From Phycisphaeraceae bacterium (lineage in GTDB: Bacteria; Planctomycetota; Phycisphaerae; Phycisphaerales; Phycisphaeraceae), in assembly GCA_963674705.1 (NCBI GenBank), contig OY771506.1, positions 2,272,001 through 2,336,000 on the forward strand: DNA of 64,000 nt. The letters run 5' to 3'. The notes beneath the pieces are model-generated. The model was not told the DNA's origin and did not search any database. It saw nothing but the letters and a program-made list of their open reading frames with translations. Every line of letters begins with the position of its first letter. The first letter of the stretch is position 1. This document shows positions 1 through 8,838 of the stretch, piece by piece. A program made the position numbers and the translations under genes.

Positions 1-1409
1 ACGCTGTACCAGTAGAGCAGGCCGATGAGCCCGGCGGGCCTGAAGCGTGCGGTTTGTGTCAGGCGTGTACGCGGTGGTGTGCTATTTCCCGGTTGGTTTT
101 CGAGCGGTTCGATGTTGAACTCGAGCGTCGCTTTTCCGGGCAGTTTCATTTCGGCGATGAGCAGCAGGCGTTGCGGCGTGATCCGTGAGACGCGCCAGAA
201 GTCGAGTGCGTCGCCGGTGGACAGGTGTTTGGGGTCTCGACGTCCTCGCCGCAGGCCGGGCCCGCCGACGAGTTTGTCCATCATGCCACGCAAGCGCCAG
301 AGCCAGTCGGCCGCGTAGTAGCCATGTCCGCCGCCGACCAGGCAGACGGCGTCGAAGACCTCTTGGGGTGATGCGCTGACTTCGATCCGCCGTTCATCGA
401 CGAAAATCTTGCCACCCGCCCAGTCCGGGTCGCCGGGGATCGGGCCGGAGTCAGACCATGCGGTCTCGACCTGGTCGCGTTTGACTTTACCGACCGCGGC
501 GCGGATGGCTTGCTCGGTGGTGAGTAGTTCCTGCGGCATCAGACGTTGTGCCTCATCATTTCGACAAACCACACGGTTACGCAAGCCTTCGGCGAGTGGT
601 CTGGCCATGCGGTAGCTGACCGGTGTGACCAGGTGGATCCACATCGAGCTGAGCCTCGGTGTCAGAACGGGCACGGGCAATATCCACCGGCGGGGCAGGT
701 CGAGCGCCTCGGTCATGATGCGCATCAACTCACGGTAGGTCAGCACGTCGGGCCCGCCGATATCCAATGTTTTGCCGATCGTCTCAGGTGTTTTCAGGCA
801 GGCGACAAGATAGTGCAGCACGTTGCGGATGCCGATCGGTTGGCTTTGTGTTGTTACCCATTTGGGTGTAATCATCACCGGCAGGCGTTCGACCAGGTAG
901 CGCAGGATTTCAAATGAGGCGGAGCCCGAACCGATGATCATCGCGGCACGCAGGATGGTGACGGGGACGCCGGCACTTGCCAGCGCTTCTTCGACCTCCC
1001 GGCGGGAGCTGAGGTGTTCGCTCAGATCATCACCCAATTCCCCAAGCCCGCCGAGATAGATGATCCGCTGCACGCTCGCTTGTTTCGCGGCCCGTGCGAA
1101 AGTCTCAGCCATGATCCTGTCCTGCTCGGCGTATCCTTTACCGACCGCCTGCATCGAGTGCACGAGGTAGTATGCGGCAAAACAGCCACGCATCTGTTGC
1201 GTGAGATTTTCTTCATCAAGGATGTCTGCCTGCCTGCAATCAACGCGCGGGTCGTCGGTCCACGGCCGGGCTTGCAACTTGTCCACTGAACGCACGAGGC
1301 AGCGCACGTTATATCCCGCGTCCAGCAGGTGGGCGCCGAGCCGACCGCCAACGTAACCCGTCGCGCCGGTCAGGCAGATCGTGTTTTGGGTGTTTGAATC
1401 CTGCCCCAT
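1..1409 (-). CDS. SDR/NAD(P)-binding oxidoreductase with C-terminal DUF2867 domain (YbjT-like), truncated by window edge
   Basis: Manual translation from ATG at 1409: ICLTGATGYVGGRL Rossmann motif, YYLVHSM, IIGSGSASFEILRYLVERLP, GDALDFWRV, AEMKLPGKA. Absent from the ORF track because it runs off the window. Confidence 0.88.
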   Translation of the reverse strand, partial: MGQDSNTQNTICLTGATGYVGGRLGAHLLDAGYNVRCLVRSVDKLQARPWTDDPRVDCRQADILDEENLTQQMRGCFAAYYLVHSMQAVGKGYAEQDRIMAETFARAAKQASVQRIIYLGGLGELGDDLSEHLSSRREVEEALASAGVPVTILRAAMIIGSGSASFEILRYLVERLPVMITPKWVTTQSQPIGIRNVLHYLVACLKTPETIGKTLDIGGPDVLTYRELMRIMTEALDLPRRWILPVPVLTPRLSSMWIHLVTPVSYRMARPLAEGLRNRVVCRNDEAQRLMPQELLTTEQAIRAAVGKVKRDQVETAWSDSGPIPGDPDWAGGKIFVDERRIEVSASPQEVFDAVCLVGGGHGYYAADWLWRLRGMMDKLVGGPGLRRGRRDPKHLSTGDALDFWRVSRITPQRLLLIAEMKLPGKATLEFNIEPLENQPGNSTPPRTRLTQTARFRPAGLIGLLYWYS

Positions 1410-1491
1410 GATTTGAACCTGTCTGTAAGAGTATATTCGCAATGTCTGTGTGTTTGGATTCAGGAGGGGGAAGTTGTGGCGTGTATTGACA

Positions 1492-1522
1492 GAAAAGGCC
1501 CACGTTCGGCAAACGTGGGCTT
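1492..1522 (-). terminator. Intrinsic terminator downstream of trpG
   Basis: Stem GCCCACGTT/AACGTGGGC with an A-run on its left (U-tract on the minus strand). Confidence 0.75.
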
Positions 1523-1552
1523 CGTGGGGTGTATTTTATATGTGGCGGGTGA

Positions 1553-2167
1553 TTAGCCGGTTTTTTCGAGTTTGGGGGCGGGCAGGTGAAGGAAGTTGGC
1601 GAGCATGCGGGGGCCTTCGAGCGTGAGGAAGCTTTCGGGGTGGAATTGCACGCCCTCGAGCGGTGCGTCGCCAAACACGCCGGGCTTTGCACGCAGGGCC
1701 ATGATCTCATCTTCTTCGGTCCACGCGCTGATCTCGAAGCGTTTGTCATCGAAGCTGTCCTTGCGGATGACAAGGCTGTGATAGCGTGTGGCGGTGAAGG
1801 GGTTAGACAAACCTTCGAAGATGGTTTTGCCATCGTGGTGGATGGGGGATGTTTTGCCGTGCATCAGGCGGACGTTGCGTTCGACGATCATCCCGTGGCT
1901 GTGGCCGATGGATTGATGACCGAGGCAGACACCGAGCAGCGGCACCTTGCCGGCAAAGGTCGTGATGATGTCGCAACTCACCCCGGCTTCCTTAGGCGTG
2001 CACGGCCCGGGCGAGACGATGACATGGTCCGGCTTCATCGCCAGCGCCTCGTCCGCGGTGATCTTGTCGTTACGTATCACCCGCAGGTCCAGCGACGCAT
2101 CCAGCTCCCCGATCCGCTGGACGAGGTTGTAGGTGAAGGAGTCGTAGTTGTCGATGAGTAGGATCAT
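1553..2167 (-). CDS. trpG: Anthranilate/aminodeoxychorismate synthase component II (glutamine amidotransferase)
   Basis: [42 protein letters not shown]. TrpG and PabA cannot be told apart by eye. Confidence 0.92.
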   Translation of the reverse strand: MILLIDNYDSFTYNLVQRIGELDASLDLRVIRNDKITADEALAMKPDHVIVSPGPCTPKEAGVSCDIITTFAGKVPLLGVCLGHQSIGHSHGMIVERNVRLMHGKTSPIHHDGKTIFEGLSNPFTATRYHSLVIRKDSFDDKRFEISAWTEEDEIMALRAKPGVFGDAPLEGVQFHPESFLTLEGPRMLANFLHLPAPKLEKTG

Positions 2168-2276
2168 GGGGATAGGGTATAGGGTTTAGGGTGTAGGGTC
2201 TAGGGTGAAGATCGGGTGTGGGGTTTGGGGTGTGGGGGTAGGAGATTTTTAATCGCTGATCGTTAATCGCTAATGA
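2168..2276. repeat. Degenerate heptamer tandem arrays (TAGGGTN/TGGGGTN, then TTAATCG-like)
   Basis: gggatagggtatagggtttagggtgtagggtctagggt...; ttaatcg ctgatcg ttaatcg ctaatga. Confidence 0.85.
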
Positions 2277-2285
2277 TTCTTTTCC

Positions 2286-2310
2286 ACGCCGGTCCTGAGC
2301 GAAGCGAAGG
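2286..2310. repeat. REP-like 25-bp element ACGCCGGTCCTGAGCGAAGCGAAGG
   Basis: Exact reverse-complement copy at 60020-60044. Confidence 0.85.
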
Positions 2311-2323
2311 GGCGGGTGCTGTT

Positions 2324-2710
2324 TCAATCAACTGTAAACACCGGGCTCCAGAATGGCATGATCATCGCAATGGAATAGGTGCATAGAGTCAGACTTACCA
2401 ACATGGCTACCACCACATTGATAATCAAGCTGGCGCCGTGATGCTTAGTAAGCACAAATTCCTTCACGATGACTACGGCCAGAATCGTTAGTGTGCATAT
2501 GGTTAATGGTACATACCAACCCAAAATGAACAGAGTTAAAGTAGGCACATCTGTATCAAAGTCTTCGTAGACATTGATGAATACCCGTGTGCGATAATAG
2601 ACAATCGCAGCCGTCGCTACGCATATAATCATCGCAAGCCCGCAGGTGATGTGAGACAATAAGGTAATTGTGGTAGCTGGGTCTGTTTTTTCGGGTGTGT
2701 TGCTCATCAT
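2324..2710 (-). CDS. Hypothetical membrane protein (about 3 TM segments)
   Basis: 128-aa ORF with hydrophobic segments, lower GC, co-oriented between leuS and trpG. Confidence 0.65.
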   Translation of the reverse strand: MMSNTPEKTDPATTITLLSHITCGLAMIICVATAAIVYYRTRVFINVYEDFDTDVPTLTLFILGWYVPLTICTLTILAVVIVKEFVLTKHHGASLIINVVVAMLVSLTLCTYSIAMIMPFWSPVFTVD

Positions 2711-2723
2711 GCCCCCATGTCTT

Positions 2724-2761
2724 CACCAACCACCAACCACTAACCACTAACCACTAACCAC
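2724..2761. repeat. Heptamer array (CACYAAC)x5 overlapping the leuS stop codon
   Basis: caccaac caccaac cactaac cactaac cactaac cac. Confidence 0.85.
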
Positions 2762-5626
2762 AATATTAATCAACCGCTTCGGCACCACGATCACTTTCCG
2801 CACCGTTTTACCCGCGAGGTGTTCGGCGACGTTTTCGTCGGCTCTGGCGGCGGCTTCGATCGCCTTATCGTCGGCATCCGCGGGGACGGTGACTTTGCCG
2901 CGCAGTTTGCCGTTGACCTGGACGGGGTATTCGATTTCATCATCCACAAGCAGGGCGGGGTCGGCCTTCGGCCAATCGGTGTTTGCGATGGATGAATCGT
3001 GGCCCATGCGCTGCCACAGTTCCTCGCAGACGTGCGGGGCGATCGGCGCGAGCATAGGGAGCATGTTCTCGGCGACTTCGCGCGGGATGGTCTTAAGTGA
3101 AACCAACTCGTTGTTCAATTCGATCAGCGCAGCGATTGCGACGTTGAAGGCCATGCCGTTCATCGAATCGGTGACGCGCTTGATCGTCTTGTGCAGCTTG
3201 CGTTTCAAGGCTTCATCAGTCTTGTCGGATGTTACCAGCAGCTCTCCGGCGTCTTCGTTGACGAAGTTACGCCACAAGCGTTGCAGGAATCGGTGGACAC
3301 CGACGATGTCGCGCGTGTTCCAGACCTTGGATTGATCGAGTGGGCCGAGATACATTTCGTAGAGGCGCAGCGTGTCGCAGCCGTACGATTCGCAGACTTC
3401 ATCCGGGCTGACCGCGTTCTTCAGGCTCTTACCCATCTTGCCGAACTCACGGTTGACGGGCTCGCCTTCGTAGAGGTATTTGCCGTCCTTGTCGTCGACC
3501 TTTTCGGCTTCGACGTAGACGCCGCGCTGGTCGGTGTAGGCATACGCCTGGATGTAGCCCTGGTTAAACAGTCGGCCGAACGGTTCGGGTGTACCGACGT
3601 GGCCGAGGTCGTAGAGGACTTTGTGCCAGAAGCGCGCGTAGAGCAGGTGGAGTACGGCGTGTTCTGCGCCGCCGACGTAGAGGTCGATGCCGTTCTTACC
3701 CATCCAGTAGTTTTCGGCCTCTTCACTGACGAAGCGGTTGCTGTTGGTCGGGTCGAGGTAGCGCAGGTAGTACCAGCATGAGCCGGCCCATTGGGGCATG
3801 GTGTTCAGTTCGCGCGTGTACTTCTTGCCGTTGTGTTCAACAACCTTCCAGCTTTCCGGGGCGCGGCTGAGCGGGGTCTGCGGCGGGGCATCGGGATCGT
3901 CGCTGGCGTGCGGCTTGAAGTCTTCCATTTCAGGAAGTTCGACGGGCAGGTCTTCTTCAGGCACGGGGACGATGTGGCCGTCCTCCGCGTGGAGGATGGG
4001 GAAGGGTTCGCCCCAGTAGCGTTGCCGGCTGAACAGCCAGTCGCGCAGTTTGTATTGGACGGTGCCTTTACCGAATCCGCGGCGTTTGAGCCAATCGGTG
4101 ATGGTTGATTTGGCATCGGGGGTAAGCAGGCCGTTCAGGCTGACCTCTTCGTTTTCGGAGTGGATGCCCGCGCCTGTGCCGGGGAATGCTGCGCTGAATG
4201 TGTCGGGGTGCAAGACGTAGTAGGCACGCAGTTCGTTGAGGTCTTCGGTGTTGCAATCCTTGGGTGCATGTTCCTTGAGCCAGTCGACGGTCGGCAGGAC
4301 GACGGGCTTGATATCGATCTTAAATTGCTTGGCAAAGTCGAAGTCGCGCTGGTCGTGTGCGGGGACGGCCATGATCGCGCCTGTACCATAGCCCATCATG
4401 ACGTAGTCGGCGATCCAGATCGGGATCTTGTCGTTGTCGACGGGATTCAGTGCGTACGCGCCGGTGAAGACGCCGGTCTTTTCCTTGTTTTCCGCCTGGC
4501 GGTCGACATCCGTCTTCGCGGCGGCTTCTTTTTTGTATTGCTTGACGGCGTCGCGCTGCTCGGGTGTGGTGATCGAATTCACCAGCGGGTGTTCGGGCGC
4601 AAGCACCATGTACGTCGCGCCGAAGAGCGTGTCGGGGCGCGTGGTGAAGACGGTGATGACATCTTCAGGGGATTCGGCTGAGCCGTAGGCGAGCGGGAAG
4701 TGGACCTCTGCGCCTTCGCTGCGGCCGATCCAGTTGCGCTGCATGAGCTTGATCGGCTCGGGCCAATCGACGAGTTCCAGGTCATCTGCCAAACGTTCGC
4801 AGTACGCGGTGATGCGCAACATCCACTGCTTCAAGGGGCGTTTGAAGACGGGGTGGTTGCCGCGTTCGGATTTACCTTCGTTCGTCACTTCCTCGTTGGC
4901 GAGCACGGTCCCAAGTGCGGGGCACCAGTTGACGGGGACCTCTGCCAGATAGGCGAGGCGATATTCATCGAGCAGACGTGCCTGCTGATCGGGTTGGAGT
5001 TCGGTCCATTTGCGTGCGCCGGGCACGACACCACCGAGCGTGTCCATGACGCCTTCGGCAGAATCGCTGACGAGGTCGCCGTCCGGGCCGATGTCGTAGT
5101 CGCCGGCTTCGAGCGCCTGGATCAGTTCATCGATCGGCTCGGCTTTGCCGGCGACAGGGTTGAACCAACTGTTGTAGAGCTGCAGGAATATCCACTGCGT
5201 CCACTTGTAGTAGCCGGGATCGGTGGTCGCCAGGCAGCGGTCCCAGTCATAACCCAGGCCGAGGCGTTTGAGCTGGCGGGTCATGTTGGCGATGTTCTTG
5301 TCGGTGGTAACGCGCGGGTGCACCCCATGCTCGACGGCGAACTGCTCGGCGGGCAGGCCGAAGGCGTCGTAGCCCATCGGGTGCAGGACGTTGTGTCCTG
5401 TCATCCGCTTGTATCGGGCGACGATGTCGGTGGCGATGTAGCCCAGCGGGTGCCCGACGTGCAGGCCGACGCCTGACGGGTAGGGGAACATGTCCAGGAC
5501 GTAGAACTTGGGCCGATCCGGCCTGAAGTTGTCATCGCTCGGATTGGGTGTTTTGAAGGTTTTGTCGTCGGCCCAGTTCTTCTGCCAACGGTCCTCGATC
5601 GCGGTAAAGTCGTAGTTATGGCTCAT
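2747..5626 (-). CDS. leuS: Leucine--tRNA ligase
   Basis: MFPYPSG-GLHVGH (HIGH motif), FTTRPDT and GTGAIMAVPAHD editing-domain motifs, KMGKS, C-terminal VQVNGKLRG. Confidence 0.98.
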   Translation of the reverse strand: MSHNYDFTAIEDRWQKNWADDKTFKTPNPSDDNFRPDRPKFYVLDMFPYPSGVGLHVGHPLGYIATDIVARYKRMTGHNVLHPMGYDAFGLPAEQFAVEHGVHPRVTTDKNIANMTRQLKRLGLGYDWDRCLATTDPGYYKWTQWIFLQLYNSWFNPVAGKAEPIDELIQALEAGDYDIGPDGDLVSDSAEGVMDTLGGVVPGARKWTELQPDQQARLLDEYRLAYLAEVPVNWCPALGTVLANEEVTNEGKSERGNHPVFKRPLKQWMLRITAYCERLADDLELVDWPEPIKLMQRNWIGRSEGAEVHFPLAYGSAESPEDVITVFTTRPDTLFGATYMVLAPEHPLVNSITTPEQRDAVKQYKKEAAAKTDVDRQAENKEKTGVFTGAYALNPVDNDKIPIWIADYVMMGYGTGAIMAVPAHDQRDFDFAKQFKIDIKPVVLPTVDWLKEHAPKDCNTEDLNELRAYYVLHPDTFSAAFPGTGAGIHSENEEVSLNGLLTPDAKSTITDWLKRRGFGKGTVQYKLRDWLFSRQRYWGEPFPILHAEDGHIVPVPEEDLPVELPEMEDFKPHASDDPDAPPQTPLSRAPESWKVVEHNGKKYTRELNTMPQWAGSCWYYLRYLDPTNSNRFVSEEAENYWMGKNGIDLYVGGAEHAVLHLLYARFWHKVLYDLGHVGTPEPFGRLFNQGYIQAYAYTDQRGVYVEAEKVDDKDGKYLYEGEPVNREFGKMGKSLKNAVSPDEVCESYGCDTLRLYEMYLGPLDQSKVWNTRDIVGVHRFLQRLWRNFVNEDAGELLVTSDKTDEALKRKLHKTIKRVTDSMNGMAFNVAIAALIELNNELVSLKTIPREVAENMLPMLAPIAPHVCEELWQRMGHDSSIANTDWPKADPALLVDDEIEYPVQVNGKLRGKVTVPADADDKAIEAAARADENVAEHLAGKTVRKVIVVPKRLINIVVSG

Positions 5627-5671
5627 GATGGAGATAAGGATATTCGCTGGTAGGGGTTATGGCCAGAAGGC

Positions 5672-5702
5672 AGCCGTTAGCCCTTAGCTGTTAGCCGTTA
5701 GC
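5672..5702. repeat. Heptamer array (AGCCGTT-like)x4
   Basis: agccgtt agccctt agctgtt agccgtt agc. Confidence 0.75.
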
Positions 5703-5713
5703 ACGGATTCAAG

Positions 5714-5862
5714 GCTCGGCGCGGGTCTCCCGACCCCGCCGGTATTTTGTGACCGAAGGTCTCCAAGCTTCAGAGCCAGCCAGGCCGTGACAATATTTAC
5801 GGTTCGCACCATGGAAACCTTCAGGCAGCCGTTTCGGCGGGGTCGGGAGACCCGCGCCGAGC
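5714..5862. repeat. 149-bp palindromic element (MITE/REPIN-like), copy 1
   Basis: 28-bp terminal inverted repeats GCTCGGCGCGGGTCTCCCGACCCCGCCG plus imperfect inner inverted repeat GACCGAAGGTCTCC; second copy at 6023-6171. Confidence 0.9.
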
Positions 5863-5863
5863 G

Positions 5864-5896
5864 AGGACATCTAATATAACTTATATTAGATGTCCT
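5864..5896. repeat. Perfect palindrome with 16-bp arms
   Basis: AGGACATCTAATATAA-C-TTATATTAGATGTCCT. Confidence 0.9.
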
Positions 5897-6022
5897 GCTT
5901 CAGGGGTGGCAAGGGCGTGAGGCAGGGGATGTTGGGATGTTCAAGGTTCAAGGTTCAATGTTCAATCGAATACCGAGCCGCCGTGGGCACACGGCGGACC
6001 GCGTCGGGGGCGACGCGGCTCT

Positions 6023-6171
6023 GCTCGGCGCGGGTCTCCTGACCCCGCCGGTATCTTTGGACCGAAGGTCTCCAAGCTCGAGAGCCAGCCCGACCGCGAC
6101 TATATTGAAAGTTCATACCATGGAGACCTTCGGTCAGCCGTTTCGGCGGGGTCGGGAGACCCGCGCCGAGC
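6023..6171. repeat. 149-bp palindromic element (MITE/REPIN-like), copy 2
   Basis: Same length and termini as 5714-5862, with a diverged central spacer. Confidence 0.9.
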
Positions 6172-6193
6172 GCAGTGAATGGAAGTGGTCGGG

Positions 6194-7573
6194 TTACCAG
6201 TTGGCGTGGCGGGCGGCGTGGGTGGCTCGGGCTATCTGGATGAGGTAAATCAGCAGGCCCAGCAGCAGGATACCACCGAGCCAGAGGAACAAGATCAGGT
6301 CCATGGAGATGTTGTATTGCAGACTGAAGTCCCAGAGCACACCCAGCTCGATAAGGATGATGAATAACGTCAGGTTGACGTGACAGACAAAAGCCCAGAA
6401 GACCATGAATCCGCTTTGGTAGCAGGCGGCGCGGATGGCGGCGGGCATGAGGTTTCTGCCATTGCGCCATCCCTCGAAGCAGCCGATCAGACTGGCGCCG
6501 AAGCCGGCGGTGGCGATGGTCGCGGCTACAAGCATGCCGCCGATGATCGAGCCAGCCAACATCGTGCCGTACATCATCTCTTCAAAATCGAAGTGGAAAC
6601 CTTCACGATGCCAGCTTTCAACGCATACAAGTACGATGTATATGACTGCGACGCCGAGAAACGAGCCGATCATCTGTCCGATGATGGTGTAGTTTAAGCA
6701 TCGGCGGTGGCCGAGGTCCGGGCAGAGCGTGTGCAGATTTTGGCCTAGTTTGGTGGGTTGGACACCGGAAAGGGTGGAACGCTTCAACCACCAGACCGGG
6801 CCTGCGGGTTTGTCCAAACCGGGGCGGGTGGTTGGGTCGAGTGATGGGCCGACCAGGTTCCCGCACTCAGGACAGGATTGATCGGGGCGGAGCCCAAGCA
6901 GTTGATAGCCGCACTTCATACAGCGGGCGGGCCAGCGTGACATCTCGGCGGGCGGGTCGTGCGTTAATGCCCGCAGGATGATCCACAACTGCCAGAGTCC
7001 CAAGCTGGTAAGTAACAGGAAACGACAGGCTTCGATCCGTTGATACCACTCCCAGCCAAGCCCATCTTGAAACTCTTCAGACAGCACGACAAGGATACTT
7101 GCGATCAGAAGGAGCACTGCGGCGTGAGGTGTTAACAGAAGCAAACGCTTGAGTGCACGCACGTAGCTGAAGCGGATTTTTTCATCCCGGGCGGAGAAAC
7201 CCATGAACATTGCCGCGGCAATGAGCCAGTCCACCTCGATAAACAGCCAGATCATGATGGTCAGCGCCCAGGCGAAGGGGTGGCTGAACTCGCGCATCAA
7301 GTTCGCAAAAGGAGCATGCATAACAAGGCCGAGGCTCTGGGGGGATGAGAAGAAGTAGTCGTAGTTGGCCACTACGTTTGCAACAAATAGAGCAAGTAAA
7401 CACATCACCAATCCGAACAGGTGCACCGCCCAGGCTTTGATCAGCGGCATATCATCGGCCCGTTTGACCGTCCTGACAGGCAGGAATAATCCCCACAGGC
7501 AGGCCTGGGTGACGGTGAAACATGTTTCAGGTTTATGATGAATACTTCCCACGGGTTGTCCGAATAGCTGCAT
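6194..7573 (-). CDS. Multi-pass membrane protein with central zinc ribbon
   Basis: 459 aa, many TM segments, CMKCGYQL...CPECG. Confidence 0.8.
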   Translation of the reverse strand: MQLFGQPVGSIHHKPETCFTVTQACLWGLFLPVRTVKRADDMPLIKAWAVHLFGLVMCLLALFVANVVANYDYFFSSPQSLGLVMHAPFANLMREFSHPFAWALTIMIWLFIEVDWLIAAAMFMGFSARDEKIRFSYVRALKRLLLLTPHAAVLLLIASILVVLSEEFQDGLGWEWYQRIEACRFLLLTSLGLWQLWIILRALTHDPPAEMSRWPARCMKCGYQLLGLRPDQSCPECGNLVGPSLDPTTRPGLDKPAGPVWWLKRSTLSGVQPTKLGQNLHTLCPDLGHRRCLNYTIIGQMIGSFLGVAVIYIVLVCVESWHREGFHFDFEEMMYGTMLAGSIIGGMLVAATIATAGFGASLIGCFEGWRNGRNLMPAAIRAACYQSGFMVFWAFVCHVNLTLFIILIELGVLWDFSLQYNISMDLILFLWLGGILLLGLLIYLIQIARATHAARHANW

Positions 7574-7682
7574 TTATTAGCGGTGTCGGGGTTTACTGTA
7601 CCAGATGTCGGGCCGGGGTCGTTGCGGAGTCGGGCGGTTTTGCTACCCTTGCAGGGCTGAATCCGACCTTGGAGATTTGCCC

Positions 7683-8825
7683 ATGCCCGACCGCGTAGAA
7701 GTAGCACGCCAGGCCGCACAAGGCCTGCGAAAACTCGCCGAATCCGCCGACCAGACGCCGGTGCTTATCGGTTTTGACGGATTCGTCGACTCGATCATCC
7801 AGATTGTGGATAAACGCACGAGCGTTGAGTCATACGAGCCGATCGGCACGATTGATCAGTTCGGCAAGCGGGTTTGTGCCGCGGCAGGCCATAGCTCGAA
7901 CTTCGAGATGGTCACGACGCTCGAAAAGCTGGGCGGCAACGGCCCGATCATGGCCAACGCGATGGCGACGGCGGGCGTGAACGTGACATACATCGGCGCT
8001 CTAGGGTTGCCGGAGTTGCACCACGTGTTCCAACCGCTGGCCGCCAAAGCGGATATCCATTCCGTGGCGAACCCGGGCCTGACCGATTGCCTTGAGTTCG
8101 ACGATGGCAAGCTGCTGATGGGCAAGTACGCGCACCTGATCGATCTGGACTACCAGGCGGTGGAGAACACGATCGGGGCGGAGACGTTCAAGCAGATCGT
8201 CAAGCGCAGCAAGCTGATCGGCATGGTCAACTGGACGATGCTGACGCGGCTGCAGACGATCTGGGAGCAGATGGCGGATGTGACCTTGCCGCAGATCGGC
8301 GGGGAGCGTCGGCTGGTATTTGTCGATTTATGCGATCCCGCGAAGCGCACGGATTCGGACCTGGATAGCGCTCTGAAGGTGCTTAGCCGAATGGACAAGC
8401 ACGCGGACGTGATCCTGGGTTTGAACCTGAGCGAATCGAGCCAGGTGGCGCGCGTGATGGGGATCGAGATCGATGGCGATCACGAAGCGGCGATCGAATC
8501 AACCAGCGCGCGGATCCGCGAGCAGTTGGATATCTATTGCGTCGTGATCCACCCTCGCAAATCCGCGGCCGGGACATTGCGGACGGCAAGCGGCACGGAG
8601 TCCGGCCGGTACGTCGGGCCTTTCACGCAGAAACCCAAACTCTCGACCGGCGCCGGCGACAACTTCAACGCGGGTTTCTGCTTGGGTCAGCTTGCGGGAT
8701 TGAACGTCCTGCAAAGCCTATGCTGCGGCACGCACACATCCGGTTTCTATGTCAGGAACGCGCACAGCCCGAGCCTGGAAGAGCTGGCCGCGTTTTTGGA
8801 TAACCCGCCGGCGGCGGAGGATTGA
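7683..8825 (+). CDS. PfkB/ribokinase-family carbohydrate kinase
   Basis: GGNGPIMAN and STGAGDNFNAG signatures; start moved to ATG 7683, which follows GGAG. Confidence 0.85.
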   Translation: MPDRVEVARQAAQGLRKLAESADQTPVLIGFDGFVDSIIQIVDKRTSVESYEPIGTIDQFGKRVCAAAGHSSNFEMVTTLEKLGGNGPIMANAMATAGVNVTYIGALGLPELHHVFQPLAAKADIHSVANPGLTDCLEFDDGKLLMGKYAHLIDLDYQAVENTIGAETFKQIVKRSKLIGMVNWTMLTRLQTIWEQMADVTLPQIGGERRLVFVDLCDPAKRTDSDLDSALKVLSRMDKHADVILGLNLSESSQVARVMGIEIDGDHEAAIESTSARIREQLDIYCVVIHPRKSAAGTLRTASGTESGRYVGPFTQKPKLSTGAGDNFNAGFCLGQLAGLNVLQSLCCGTHTSGFYVRNAHSPSLEELAAFLDNPPAAED

Positions 8826-8838
8826 TTGCCAGTAAAGA

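Noticed and set aside
2168..2240. Telomere-like or eukaryotic contamination (TTTAGGG-like units)
   Set aside because: The units are degenerate, flanked by bacterial genes, and belong to the window-wide heptamer family.
5627..5720. T-box leader for leuS
   Set aside because: No T-box consensus or terminator/antiterminator seen; the region is occupied by repeats.
5714..6171. CRISPR array
   Set aside because: Only two long palindromic units, no regular repeat-spacer period, and no cas genes.
5937..6470. ORFs 5937-6248 (+) and 5955-6470 (-)
   Set aside because: They run through palindromic repeats and overlap a better-supported gene.
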